From Chloropicon primus (Eukaryota), in the NCBI GenBank assembly GCA_023205875.1, contig CP060755.1:1426001-1490000 (forward strand): a stretch of DNA of 64,000 nucleotides. The letters are read 5' to 3'. Made by a program: the position numbers and the translations under genes. How positions within the stretch are numbered: the first letter of the stretch is position 1; every line of letters begins with the position of its first letter. Of the stretch, positions 42,234-53,908 are shown in pieces. The notes beneath the pieces were generated by a model. That model saw nothing but the letters and a program-made list of their open reading frames with translations, was not told where the DNA came from and searched no databases.

Positions 42234-44249
42234 CTATATTCTCTCCAGGGGCTCCATCCCGAGGATCGCAAAGCACTTCCTCATGACCTTGAGGGTGGCC
42301 TCGCACATCAGAATCCTGCTGGCTTCTTCCTCGCTCCCGATCACTTTGCACTCGCTGTAAAAGTCAGTGAACTTCGACGTCAAGCCGTAGAGGTAGTCGC
42401 AAAGTCGGTTGGGAGCGAGATCCTCCACGGTGCTCTCGACGGCCTCTGGGAACTGGCAGATGGTGCTCAAAAGCGCCCTCTCCGGCTCGCAAGTGACTCT
42501 GATCTTGCTGGCGTCCCCCGCGTCAGATCCCGGATTCGCGACTCTGGCCTTGGAGAGGATCGAGCAAACCCTTGCATGGGCGTACTGAAGGTAGACGGCC
42601 GTGTTCCCCTTGAGATCGAGCATCCGATCAAAGGAGAACTCGTAGTTGGACGACTTGTTCTGTTTCAGGTCGGCGTACTTGATGGCAGAGTATCCCATCT
42701 GCTGGGCGATCTCCTCGAGCTTCTCCTCGTCCTCCGCAAACTCGTACTCCCTTTGAACGAGCTGCTCCTTGCACCTGCTCACCGCCTCGTCCAACAGGTC
42801 CGCTAGCTTGATCACGTCCCCCGACCTCGTCCTCAGCCTCTTCCCGTCCTCCCCAAGGACCAGGCCGAATCCCACGTGGTCCACCTTTGGGTACGACGAG
42901 GCCTCGTCCGTGATCCAGCCGCACTTCCTTGCGGCGGAGAAGACCCCCTTGAAGTGCTGGGACTGCCCACTGTCCGTCACGTAAATGATCCAGTCGGCGC
43001 TCTCGTCCGTGAGCCTCTGCCTCAGCGCGGCCAAGTCCGTCGTGGCGTACCCGAAACCTCCGTCAGACTTCTGGATGATCAGGGGGGGGGCCTCGCTGCC
43101 CCCCACAAAGATGCAGATGGCCCCGTCCGACAGCTCGGCAACTCCGCTCCCCCTCAGCTCCTCCACGAGATCCTTGAGGAGCGGGTTATAGAAAGACTCC
43201 CCCCTCTCCTCGATCTCGATGTCCAACCTGTCGTAGATCTTGTTGAACTCCTTCCTGCTCGCGTCGCAGATCTTGCCCCATCTTCCCAGGCTCTCCTCAG
43301 ACCCGCTCTGAAGCTTCACGACAGCCTGCTGCGCCCTCTTCTTGAAGTCCCCCTCCGCGTCGAACCTGGCCTTGGAGTCCTTGTAGAGCTGCTGCAGGTC
43401 GCCCACAGACGCGTCGAAAGGGACCCCCTCCTCCTCCATGTGCTGGATGAGCATCCCGAACTGCGTGCCCCAGTCCCCCACGTGGTTCAGCCTCTTCACC
43501 TCCACCCCCGTGAACTCCAAGGCCCTCGCGAGGGTGTCCCCGATGATCGTGGACCTCAAGTGGCCCACGTGCATCTCCTTGGCCACGTTTGGGGACGAGA
43601 AGTCGAGGACCGCCCGGGCGCAGCACGGCTCGGGGGCCCACGCGTCCACCGCCGCCTCGCCGGCAAAGAGGGTGCCCACCCTCCTCTCGAGGAAAGCATC
43701 CTTCAGCCGAAGGTTGAGGAAGCCGGGTCCCGCCACGCTGACGTCCTCCAGGATCTCGTTCGGGGGGATCGAGGCCATGATGGCCTCCGCCACGGCCCGA
43801 GGATTCCCAGGGCCCCCCTCCCTCCCCTTCACCTTGGCGAAGAGGGGCATCGCATTGTTGCACTGGTAGTCGCAAGCGAACTTCGGGTTCGCCGTGGGGG
43901 CCACGAGGACGTCCCGGCCCCACTGCGCCTCGTCGCCCTCGCTCGGGAACGCTGCCGCGAGGGCCGACGCCAGGAGGCTCTCCAGCTCCTTCTTCGCCCC
44001 CAGCACCCTCTCCGTGCCCCCATCGGTCGCGGACGACGCCAGCCGCGACGACGTCACGGCGAAGGCCCGAAGATCTCCCCCTCGAAGCCTCCCCAGCAGG
44101 AAGCTCCTCTCCCAGGGCAGCAGCCCTGCAGCAGCAGCAGCTCGAGGCCCTCGAGGACTCAAAGTCGCCTGCCTCACCAGAGTCTTCCTCGGCCTCGTTC
44201 CCGTCGTCGTCGCAGTCCCGCACATGCTCCTCGTCACCCTCCTCCCCAT
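42234..44249 (-). CDS. argS: Arginine--tRNA ligase with an organellar-type N-terminal extension (alternative ATG at 44303)
   Basis: DFSSPNVAKEMHVGHLRSTIIGD, NHVGDWGTQFG, KSDGGFGY and GNTAVYLQYAHAR. Confidence 0.96.
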   Translation of the reverse strand: MGRRVTRSMCGTATTTGTRPRKTLVRQATLSPRGPRAAAAAGLLPWERSFLLGRLRGGDLRAFAVTSSRLASSATDGGTERVLGAKKELESLLASALAAAFPSEGDEAQWGRDVLVAPTANPKFACDYQCNNAMPLFAKVKGREGGPGNPRAVAEAIMASIPPNEILEDVSVAGPGFLNLRLKDAFLERRVGTLFAGEAAVDAWAPEPCCARAVLDFSSPNVAKEMHVGHLRSTIIGDTLARALEFTGVEVKRLNHVGDWGTQFGMLIQHMEEEGVPFDASVGDLQQLYKDSKARFDAEGDFKKRAQQAVVKLQSGSEESLGRWGKICDASRKEFNKIYDRLDIEIEERGESFYNPLLKDLVEELRGSGVAELSDGAICIFVGGSEAPPLIIQKSDGGFGYATTDLAALRQRLTDESADWIIYVTDSGQSQHFKGVFSAARKCGWITDEASSYPKVDHVGFGLVLGEDGKRLRTRSGDVIKLADLLDEAVSRCKEQLVQREYEFAEDEEKLEEIAQQMGYSAIKYADLKQNKSSNYEFSFDRMLDLKGNTAVYLQYAHARVCSILSKARVANPGSDAGDASKIRVTCEPERALLSTICQFPEAVESTVEDLAPNRLCDYLYGLTSKFTDFYSECKVIGSEEEASRILMCEATLKVMRKCFAILGMEPLERI

Positions 44250-44716
44250 CTCCCCCCCGAAGAGGCTCGTGAACCTCCGCGGACAAGTGAACCTCCTCTC
44301 CATCTCTCCCCCCACGCCAAACGCAGAGAGAGCACGCGAAACGAAACGAGTGCAGCAGGCCGCAGTCACAAGGCTTCGAAACGCAATGGGGCGATGAGGT
44401 GAGCGTCCGATGCGCACGCAACCCGTATCGAAGGCGCACCCCTTGCCCCCGGACAAGGAATACAACAACACCCCCACCAACAACCTATCCCTCCTGCTCT
44501 TATCTCTTTCGCCTCCCTTTTTTCCATTCTAAGTGCATGGAGGTTTTCGGTTTTGGTGTAACGGTTTTAGCCAATGAGGTCCAAGCGCAAAAAATCCAAA
44601 TTGACGGAGGGGAGAGAGAGAAGAGAGCTCGAGGTTTTGTTTTGTTCGAACGCGACAACGACACCTTACCCGAGAGACCTGAGAGGTGACGTGAGGATAG
44701 AACAACGGAGGAGACC

Positions 44717-45416
44717 ATGGCGTACAGCATGAAGATCGTGAGCAACAAGGCGAGCGCGTCGGCGGTGACCGTCGCCAGGAGGGCTGGATTGGCGAAGAGG
44801 ACTGCCGCGGTGTCCTCGAGATCGAACCAGGTCGCTGGACTCAGGAGGCTCAACAAGGTAGGTTACGGGTTGGCGGGGTCCCTGGGGCGCGCGCGCGCGG
44901 GGCCCCTGGTCCGATGGGGCGGGCGTCGCCTCGGATCGCCCTCCGCGGAGTCCCGCGAGCTCCCGCCGCGCTCCCCAGGGAACTTTGAGAACTTTGAGAT
45001 CATCGGATGAAACGCAGTAGAGACCGAGGGAGACATTTCGCGCGCACGTTTCACACGCTTGGCTGACTTTGCTCTCTTCTTGTTCCCAGGAGCCTGCCCG
45101 CCCCACCAGCGTCGTCGCTCGCTCCGGAATCGACACCGACGAGATCTTGTCCACCGTGACCGAGAAGTGGGAGTCCGTTGACAACAAGCCTCAGGCCGTT
45201 CTGTACGCCGGAGGTGCCGTCGTGGCCCTCGTCGTCGTGAACTCCATCGTCGGGGCTGTCAACGGCTTGCCTCTCTTGCCAAAGGCCTTCGAGCTCGTGG
45301 GACTGGGGTACTCTGCCTGGTTCACCTACAAGTACCTTCTCTTCAAGGATAGCCGCGCCGAGTTGGCCGCCGATATCGACGAGCTCAAGTCCAAGGTCAC
45401 CGGAGGAAGCGAGTAA
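44717..45416 (+). CDS. CURT1: CURVATURE THYLAKOID 1 (CAAD domain) protein (exons 44717-44857, 45090-45416)
   Basis: Transit peptide plus EKWESVDNK...LPLLPKAFELVGLGYSAWFTYKYLLFKDSRAEL. Confidence 0.93.
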
Positions 45417-45665
45417 ATCAAATCGCCGCTTGCGACGAACCCAACCAAGAACTCTATAGAACCTTTTTTTTAATTGATAGTAACTTGTCTTTCAGGAAAA
45501 ACCTGGATTACACACGCGCAATGCGGTGGGAGTCCCACAACAGCGTAGCGTTGGGGTCAGCCCGTGCGCGAAGAGAACCGATTCGTCCGATATATACGTA
45601 TACATACAATCCAACAAGTCTCTTTGGAACAAAGGACTGCTGGAACTCTCTCTCCCTCTTTCTCG

Positions 45666-48365
45666 TCAGAGAACTTCGATTTTGGGCAAGACTTTGTTGT
45701 ACATCTGCTCGAGCTCGTGGAGACCCTGCGCGGCCAATATCCGGCACTCTTCATCCGAGTCGTGCTTCGCGAGGGATATCAGCACGTCGTGCAACCTCTC
45801 GTAGTTCAAGGCGCTCCCGTCGTCGTAGGTCCCGATGAGGAAGCTCGGAACACTGCTGAGAACGCCCCTGACGGCCTGCACGGCACTCTTCCTCACAAAG
45901 GCCTCCCTGTGGTACAACACCCGGGTGCCCTCCACGAACTCAAAGAGCAGGAACCCGAGCTCGATGGCTTGCTGCGTCGCCCCAGCGCAAGCTAGGAAGG
46001 TGTACGAGGTCTGCAAAATCTTCCCAAGCAAAACAAAATCTCTTTCCACCATATCGAGCCCCTCCCCCTTGTGGTCGTACTTGCTGAGGAGAGGGAGCAT
46101 GAAGGCGTGCGCGACCTGCGCAAACTCGTTGCCAACCAGCGCATACTGGGGGCTCTCCTTCCTCGAAAGGCTGATTGGGGCAAAGATTCTGGTCTTGCCG
46201 CCCGTCTCCTCGGAGAGCCCGGGTGCTTTCTCTTCGATTGAATCGGCGCGAGGTGAGCTTCGCGAGGACCCTTCGGCGGGCCCCGAACCGGATAACTGGA
46301 GGGCGCTCTCTTTGAGGGCGTCCAAAATCATCAATCTCTGGCTCACCCCCAGGTGGACCGAGTAAAAGTTGTTGATGAGAATCCCGGACGTCTCCACCGG
46401 GGCCTTCACGAGAAGGGCGATGATTCCTTTGAGCTTGCACTCCAGGGGAGTCAGGCCTTCTCTGACATCCTCCTTCATAAACTCTTCAGGTATGTTTGCG
46501 TACAACAAAGCATTCGTCAAGTCGTTCAAGTACGAGGTGACGCTGCTGTCCAGCTGGGAGATCAACCTTTCACAATGCATGAGCACAAACTCAAAGCGCT
46601 CGTGATCATCAGACTTGCGCAGAGCCTTGATGAAGGACCCCAGAGTGCTGGGCAGCTTTGCGTTGACGTCCACGTCGTCGTCCGACATATCGTACGCCTC
46701 CAAGGAGGACTCATCGTCGCTGTCACTCTCCGAGGAGCTCTCATCGGACAGCGCCAGAACCTCGCACTCCTCAATGAGGCACACTGTCCCATACGACACA
46801 GCCGCGTTGATGTCTTTGGTGTGGCTCTCGCCTTCAATCTTGTCCGTGTACTTCTCAACCACCTCGTCGGCCCCCTTGGACGATTCGTGTTTTGTGGCTC
46901 GTGCCAAGTCCTCTCTCAAGGACTGCTCAAAGTCCACACTGGAATCAAATTCCAGTGGTCTGTTCGGGTCCAAAGTGAAGGAGAGCGCCTTTGCTACTGC
47001 CATACCATGGCTTCGAATCGACACGTTTACGTTCGAAAGCCGAGAGCTGATTCCCTTGAGGATCTCGGGAACGGAGGGGTATTCCCCCTCCAACTTGTCT
47101 TTGTCCGTGAGCTTGAGGCCTTCAATGATAATCGTGCTCAAGCTCGCTTGGTGACCGAGAGGGAGGACCCCGCTGGATTCCTCCTTGGACCACATCACAG
47201 ATGTTCTGTAGATCAGTTCTTCTACGGAAAGGTGTCCTATTCCGCCTCGCTTTTCGGTATCCGAGGCCCCTTGGCTCAGGAATCCGAGGACAAGCCTGAG
47301 GTATCCCAGGGGCAGGGCCCGCTTCAGCAAAATTCTGTCCAACAAAACGATCTTCAGATCAGAGGACGCCCCCAAGCTATTGCCGAAGCAGAGTCTCAAG
47401 GTCCTTGGCGTTTCCCGAGCCTTTGTATCCCCCTCGCTCTCCAGGAGCAGTAACGAATGAAAGAGGTGCTCCATGGCGTACAAATCTTTCATGTGAGGCA
47501 TGGACTTGTCCCACAGGATCGTTGCAACGTACTTTTGACTCAGATCCCCCTGTTCCAGACGACTGGCGTAAGCGTGAGCGGCTTGAGCGACCATGTGCGC
47601 AAATCCACGCCTGCAGAATCCTTTGATGAGGGTCGCAAGATAAACGAAAACAGTCTCCTCGTTCCTTTCAGCGTCTCTCACGACTCGTTTGCTCGACGCT
47701 CGCAGCGTTTTTGAGAGGAGAGTCGCCACACACTGCTCCTGGGCATCCGTCCTGTCTGGTATGGACGCGACCAGGGCTGCCACCTCCTTGGCGTCCTTCC
47801 TCGCACAACAGTCAAGCTCCGCCAGAAGGATCTCAACCCCATCACCGTGCACGAACAGCCTTTCCAAGATTGACTTGGCGGCCTCCCTTGATATCTTGAC
47901 GACCTCGTGCGCCAGCTCCCCGCTCCTTGACTCGGCTTGCTCGCTTGGACCCCTGGTCGACTTGCCCACGAGGAACTTGAGTAGCTGGACTTTCGGCCCG
48001 CTGTCAAAGTAGCTGTAAAACAGCTCCTCCTTCTCTTCCGTAGAAAAGAGGGCCAGCCAGTTCGGTCCAACGAAACTCAGGAGGACTTCTCCCAGACACA
48101 GGTACAACCCGAGCCTCTTCCTCATGAACGCCGCATGCCAGGAGTCGCCCCCACCAGGCAACTCCCTCGTCGCTTCATCCAAGTCTGGCCAGTCCTGCAA
48201 ATCGGGATCCTCGGGGCGCAGTCTCCCAGAGTTCAAGCGCCGGGCGATCCGCAAGAGTTCCTTGAGCCTCGCCACGTTGCGACAACTCAACACCTCCTTC
48301 CCAAGCAGATGCACCAGTCGAGCTACCTTGTGCTCGACCATGGCAGCAGGGATGTCCTCCACCAT
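45666..48365 (-). CDS. TEL2: Telomere length regulation protein TEL2 (TTT complex)
   Basis: ILKGISSRLS..IRSHGMAVA, acidic CK2 site SDSDDESSLEAYDMSDD, SQRLMILDAL, GKTR and NEF. Confidence 0.85.
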   Translation of the reverse strand: MVEDIPAAMVEHKVARLVHLLGKEVLSCRNVARLKELLRIARRLNSGRLRPEDPDLQDWPDLDEATRELPGGGDSWHAAFMRKRLGLYLCLGEVLLSFVGPNWLALFSTEEKEELFYSYFDSGPKVQLLKFLVGKSTRGPSEQAESRSGELAHEVVKISREAAKSILERLFVHGDGVEILLAELDCCARKDAKEVAALVASIPDRTDAQEQCVATLLSKTLRASSKRVVRDAERNEETVFVYLATLIKGFCRRGFAHMVAQAAHAYASRLEQGDLSQKYVATILWDKSMPHMKDLYAMEHLFHSLLLLESEGDTKARETPRTLRLCFGNSLGASSDLKIVLLDRILLKRALPLGYLRLVLGFLSQGASDTEKRGGIGHLSVEELIYRTSVMWSKEESSGVLPLGHQASLSTIIIEGLKLTDKDKLEGEYPSVPEILKGISSRLSNVNVSIRSHGMAVAKALSFTLDPNRPLEFDSSVDFEQSLREDLARATKHESSKGADEVVEKYTDKIEGESHTKDINAAVSYGTVCLIEECEVLALSDESSSESDSDDESSLEAYDMSDDDVDVNAKLPSTLGSFIKALRKSDDHERFEFVLMHCERLISQLDSSVTSYLNDLTNALLYANIPEEFMKEDVREGLTPLECKLKGIIALLVKAPVETSGILINNFYSVHLGVSQRLMILDALKESALQLSGSGPAEGSSRSSPRADSIEEKAPGLSEETGGKTRIFAPISLSRKESPQYALVGNEFAQVAHAFMLPLLSKYDHKGEGLDMVERDFVLLGKILQTSYTFLACAGATQQAIELGFLLFEFVEGTRVLYHREAFVRKSAVQAVRGVLSSVPSFLIGTYDDGSALNYERLHDVLISLAKHDSDEECRILAAQGLHELEQMYNKVLPKIEVL

Positions 48366-48775
48366 GGTCACCGTCCCTCTACACGGATCGGTCAGCCTCG
48401 CGCCACCGAGTCACAAAGCACACGAACTAACTGCGTCGCCTCGTCTTCCCTCGCCTTCCCCCCGTCAACTCAACTCTCGTCCATCTCTGTCCTTTCCCGC
48501 CATCGCCCCGATCGGCATGGAGCTGAAGCTCAGAGCTTTCTGTCGGGTCTGATACGGAATCAATGGAGCTTCGCGGGAGTTGGGAGTCGGGCGGAGGCTG
48601 TGGACGTGCCTCGCGTGGTTGGTAGCTGGTCCCTCCGTGTGCGTGGCGCGGTCCTCGCGAAGCGAAACAATATGACGACGGACCTGAGCGTCGTCGAAAG
48701 TCTTCCGGGGACGACGGTGCCCGAGGAGTAGAGCAGCGTTGGTTGGTGTGTGCGGGGCAGGGGGAGGGTTGGGTG

Positions 48776-50085
48776 ATGCAAGCAGGGTTGCTAAAGCCCG
48801 TGGAGGGCGACAGGCTCCTGAATGACGTTCTGGGGGGAAGGTCCACGGAGGCCGCCTTGCGTGACACTGCAGGTGCGTTCCTGGCCTGCTTCCCAAGGCA
48901 GGACAGGTTCAGAGCCTGCAACGCCCTGTCACTCCTCCTTCGCGACGATCTGGCTGGCCTCCTTGGTGGTCCACAGAGAGTTGCGGCCTATTTCATACTG
49001 AGCATCGTGCACTGCGAGAACAAACAGCCAGAGACTTCGTATTTGTACCATAACCCGTTTTACCGTCTTCTGGCAAAGCTGGTTTTGAGCAAGGACACGC
49101 CTGCGGTTGAGAGGGCGGCTATACATAGAATTCTGGTGTCGGGCTACACCAACGAGATTCAGAGCGCCACGCCCGTCGCATTGCTGGATTACTCCGCACG
49201 CTCCGCACCTGCAATAACAGCGTGCGATCCCGCCAAGCTGAGCAGCAGCATAACCTTTGAGCCGGAACCCGGTGTGCGATTCTGGAGAGACATCGGGAAC
49301 AAAGGAGCCAAGAGGGCGGGGAACTTCTCGAACGCATCCTCCCAGCACGCAAGGAGCGCTCCTGGCGGACGCAGCTTGGAGGCACCGGGGGGAAGAGAGG
49401 TCCCGTGGAATCTTTCCTCGGAAACGATCGAGGAAGCCCTGAGGGCCCCCCTCCTTCCCTCGCGACAGCAAGATCTCATCTCGAGGATCAAGGCTCAGCC
49501 GCACTCCGACCCCCAATTCACAAGGGAGTTGTGTGGCTTTGATTCGACTTGCCTGCCTCTGCTGGTGGAGAACAATCCTCCCGTCGCCGTGGAACTTCTC
49601 AGGAAGGTTCTGGGCGCTGGCCAGCTCCAGGACCTCATGCTCGAGTACTTTGCAGCACTCGTGGGCATGGAAATGAGCGTCCACGCGATGGAGGTCTTCA
49701 AGGCGCTCATATGTGACTCAAGCATTCCCACGGATATCACAAACTTGTACATCACAAACTGTATCGCTAAATGCCATGGTGTCAAGGTAAGTCTTCCGCC
49801 GGCGTCGGGCTTTCCAGGTTTGACTGACTTTTTTCGCATCCGTTTCCCGTTTCGCCCGCTGTGAACCCGGCCACGCCTTGGCCTGAACCACCAAACCCGT
49901 AGGACACGTATATGCAAAACAGATTGGTCAGGCTCCTCAGCGTGTTCCTGCAGAGCCTGGTGCGCTCGAAGAGTGCCCAGCTAAGGGACATGGTGATCGA
50001 AATCCAATCCTTCTGCATCGAGTTCTCCCGGGTGAAAGAGGCAGCTACCTTGTTCCGAATGCTCAAGACGATAGAGCAGGCGTAG
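48776..50085 (+). CDS. CNOT11: CCR4-NOT complex subunit 11 (exons 48776-49786, 49903-50085)
   Basis: [26 protein letters not shown]; exon 2 encodes [17 protein letters not shown]...[16 protein letters not shown]. Confidence 0.92.
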
Positions 50086-50191
50086 AACGCCCGAGGGGGG
50101 AGGACGAGGCGAAAGAAAAGTATATATATCTTTATATTAAAACTGATACATGCAACTCCCCCAAAACAAAAGCAAGGCCGCCCTTCTTCGT

Positions 50192-50641
50192 CTAGCAGCA
50201 GACCTTGTACTTCTCTGACGTTTGTGGTACAACAAGTGGAAATAGCTTGCAGTTCCCGCACTTGCCGTTACAGAGAGACCAAGAGCCAGGCCGTCCGGAC
50301 TCTTGGGTCGTGCTGCACTGGAGGCACAAGAAGTTCCTCACGTGGTCCACGCACGCGTCCGTGAGCGGCTCGTTCCTGTCCTGCCGCAACTTGACCAAGC
50401 TCTTGAACTGCTGCTCCAGCAGCGAGTACTTTTGCTCCGTGCACTTGTTCTCAAACGGGGTGGTCCCGTTGGTGTTCTGCTCGTAGGCCTCCCTCAACAT
50501 CTTCTCACTGCAAAACCCCTCCTCGCCCCTCACCCCTCCGACGAAGAGACAGGACAAAGCAAGGAGGAGGCATACCCCCGCCAGACCCAGTACCCCGTCA
50601 CGCCTCCGCTTCCCCTTCCGCCCGAAGAACACCTCACCCAT
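50192..50641 (-). CDS. Small secreted cysteine-rich protein
   Basis: Hydrophobic signal segment and 10 Cys in the mature part, ending VCC. Confidence 0.6.
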   Translation of the reverse strand: MGEVFFGRKGKRRRDGVLGLAGVCLLLALSCLFVGGVRGEEGFCSEKMLREAYEQNTNGTTPFENKCTEQKYSLLEQQFKSLVKLRQDRNEPLTDACVDHVRNFLCLQCSTTQESGRPGSWSLCNGKCGNCKLFPLVVPQTSEKYKVCC

Positions 50642-50827
50642 CCTCCTTCCAACTCCTTCCAACTCCTCCAGCTCCTCCAACTCCAAAGGCCAAAGGAAAG
50701 GCTCCGCCTTCCCAAGGCCGCGTCTTTGGCACAAGATGGAAATTTCCATTCGTTGTCAATCGGGCCCGGGCCGCCGTTTGGGAGGCACTAACTCGGAGGC
50801 GGACGAACTTAGACACGAGAGAGAACC

Positions 50828-51218
50828 ATGCTTTACGACCCAAACAGGTAAGGTGGAGGATGAGGGGCGCAGGACGCGTCCTTGATCGTGTTGCTCCCTC
50901 CCTCGGTTTGCGCAACTCCTTTTTTGCTGACCTCAACGTTTGATTCGTTCCGTCTGCCTCAGCTACTTTTTCAAGTCCTTCCTGTCCTATGGAAGTGCCA
51001 CCACCGCCAAGTAAGTGGGAGGGGAGGCGTTGATGGCGCCCCTTGCCGGCGCGAGGGTGCGCCCTCGCTTGGACTGGGTGGTTCGCGGAAGCCTGACCTA
51101 TTCGTTTCTCTTCTCTCACCCACTCTCTGTCTGTGTGTCTCTTGCAATCCAAAAAAAAAAAAGGGCGAAGAAGGCGCTAGAGGAGAAGGCCAAGGAGGAT
51201 GAGAAGGAGAGCAAGTAG
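50828..51218 (+). CDS. Putative 40-aa microprotein, 3 exons (50828-50847, 50963-51010, 51164-51218)
   Basis: accATG context, donors GTAAGG and GTAAGT, CTGAC branch points and compatible phases. Product MLYDPNSYFFKSFLSYGSATTAKAKKALEEKAKEDEKESK. Confidence 0.65.
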
Positions 51219-51432
51219 GGCGACGCCTGACCCAGACGAGGGGGTCGTGAAGGGAGGCAGACTGCAGCGATGTTCGCTTCTAACTGTTGAGCAACAGGTT
51301 GTTGTTTTGTTGTTTTCAATTTACAGACTCGCTACTGTGGTATAGTCTTAGGAGAAGCTTCTTGTGTATCATCGGGCTTTTTGGTTCTTTTACAACGTTT
51401 GTTACAGAGAGGGGCAAACGTACAGACTCGCG

Positions 51433-53482
51433 TCACCTCATGCCAAGTTTCTTCTTCAACCGGTCCCTCACCCCGTTGGCTTTCTTCACCTTCTTCGTGG
51501 CTCCCAGGCCGCACGGAGAGGACAGGGTGCTGGAGTTGAGCTTCTTCACCAAGGGGGTCACCTTCTCCTTGCAATGGCCGCTCCCTGCGCCACCACCCGT
51601 GGGCACGAACTGGGGCTCCTCGAGCTTCGAGGTGCCGTAGTCAACTTCGTACAGGGTCCCGTGGCAGTTGAGGAGGCCGGAAACTTCCAAGAGGCCCTCG
51701 AGGTCGCCCAGCAGCTCCTGTGGCGAGGGGAGGTCCACGGGCACGCAAGCCTGCGCCTCGCTCCCGTCTTGGATCCAGTTCTTGAGTACCGACAGGAGTA
51801 TCCTCAGGCAGTTGCTCGGGTTGTGTGACAGCAAGAGCTTCACTGCCAGTCTCCTCCCTTGATCTGCCCTCGGACTGAGGGGCAGTCTCACTCTCAGTCC
51901 GTTCACCTCGCTGGTCCCGTTCGACACCGGCTTGACCTTGAGCTTGAGCACGGGGAACGCTGACTTGCTCGCGCAGTCGCTGCCGCTGGCCGTCCCGGGG
52001 TCCGTTTCCTGCCTCGGCAGTCGCACAGCGAACTGGAGGGGCCTTTCCGCCTGGGCCGGGGGGCTCCCTCCCCTCCCCAGCCTCGCGATGCTCTTTGCCG
52101 CGTACCACATCAGGGACTTGAAGGCCGGGAAGCGGCAGCTCATGGGGACCCCTAATGCGTTCTCGAGCCTCCAGACCTCCAGCTGCAGGCTCAGGTTGAA
52201 CGGGTGCAGGAAGTTTCCGCCGACCGCGATGGAGTCGCTCGGGGTGTACACCGCATGGGGCCAACCACCCGGAATGATCATGGTGTCCCCCGCCTTGAGC
52301 TCGTACAGCACCGGGTCCTTGAGGTAGACGAGGAGGTTCACCTTCTCCTGCTGGGGCGAGTTGGCCCACGCCGCGAAGGACTTGAGGTTGTGCTCCGTGG
52401 GCGGGGCAAGGGCAAAGTACTTCTTGCCCCTCACGACGTTGTACCAGACCGAGGACCCTCCGAAGTCCACGTGCCAGTCCGTGTAGCACTTTGCCGGGCT
52501 CATAAGACCGTATAGTTCCGCCTTGGGCTTGTGGACGGCCTGGTCTTTGGGCCAGAACAGCCTCACGAGGTCGCTCTGCTGGACGATGTCCGGGGCCTGG
52601 AGCTCCTCCTCCAGGGGCGAGTTCGCCAGGGAGAGGCTCACGACGTTCAGGGACCTCTTGCCGTGCCTCGGCTGCTGCCTCGCCTCAGGGGCGTCCACCA
52701 GCATGCCGACCTCCCCGAAATCGTCCTCCTGAGCCCGGCTCTCCCCCGTCTTGTACCTCCAGTATTCGCACCACTCGTCCAGGGTCAGCCTCGGCCCGTC
52801 CTTCTGCGTCTTCACGTCAATCGTTCGGACCTCCCTACCCCCGCCGACCTTGTCCCGAATGTACCCGACGTCGTTCAGCTTTTGGTAAGTTCGCAGCTTT
52901 TCACCGCTGTAGCCCACGAGCCGGTACGGCTTGTTGAACTGCCCCGAGGCCAGCCAGTCCATGGTCGCGTCCTCCTCGTTCACGCTCGCCGGGCACACGG
53001 ACACGTACCCCGGGAAGCGGAGCATGTCCTCCCCCTTGTACCTGGGCGCGGCCCCGCTGCTGCGCGGATCGGAGCGTTGGAATCAGAGAGAGAGAGAGAG
53101 AGAGTCAGTCAGTCACGTGTCTCCCGCGCGTGCCGTCGGTGATTTTTTTTTTTTCTTCTTCTTTTTTTGGGATTGGTGACGCGGATGACAGGATCACCTT
53201 CGTCCGAGGCACGAAGAGAGAAAGAGTCACCCACCTGAGTCTCCTCCTCGTCGATTCGTATTCGATGCCTAGACCATCTATTTCGTCCGCCGAGTACCTC
53301 TTGTTCCTCAGCCTCAACGATGCGGACCTCACGGGTCGTTTTTCTTCTTGCTTGAGCTCAAATTCCAAACTCTCCCTCTTTTCTTTCCTCTCCTGCGTCG
53401 TCGTCAGCGAAATGCTTTGCGTCGTCGTCCCCCCCGCCGCACACGGCCAGGGCGACTCCTCCACCACCTCGTCCTCCTTCAT
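51433..53482 (-). CDS. JmjC-domain histone demethylase, KDM2/PHF8/JHD1-like (exons 53482-53235, 53059-51433)
   Basis: LNVVSL, YTDWHVDFGGSSVWY (HxD), IPGGWPHAVYTP and GGNFLH. Intron 53234-53060 joins in frame. Confidence 0.88.
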
Positions 53483-53710
53483 TGCCCTCCAACTCCTCGC
53501 GTCGCGACAAACCACAACAAACCAACAAACCCAACACAAAACTCAAACCGTTTGGCTTCCCCGCTGGTTTGGATATACGCGATCGATCTGCTACAGCAAC
53601 AACCGCAAAAAGGTGTAAAGCAACTGAATTTTGGAGAAGCAGGTTTGGAGTCGGAGCGTGGTGGCTCGTGGGGCATGCCAAGCGCGAGGCCTTCGATGGA
53701 TTGTGGGGTC

Positions 53711-53761
53711 GACTGGACTGGACTGGATTCGACTCGACTCGACTCGACTCGACTCGACTCG
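53711..53761. repeat. (GACTG)n/(GACTC)n pentamer microsatellite
   Basis: Direct tandem copies between the JmjC and METTL16 starts. Confidence 0.9.
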
Positions 53762-53908
53762 CTGCGAGGGAAAGCAAATTTTCCAGGGGAGCTGATGGTG
53801 TTGGTGTTGTTGATGATATGATGACTATGTTGATTATGAGGGTGAAGTTGATGTTGTGGATGGTAGGGCCTTCGGTGGTCGGTTGAGCGCGTCGCCCTCG
53901 GTCGCCCA

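Noticed and set aside
42876..44402. 508-aa plus-strand ORF and similar long shadows (22390-23430, 40651-41790, 46353-47453, 32588-33610)
   Set aside because: They are antisense to well-supported genes and explained by GC3 bias.
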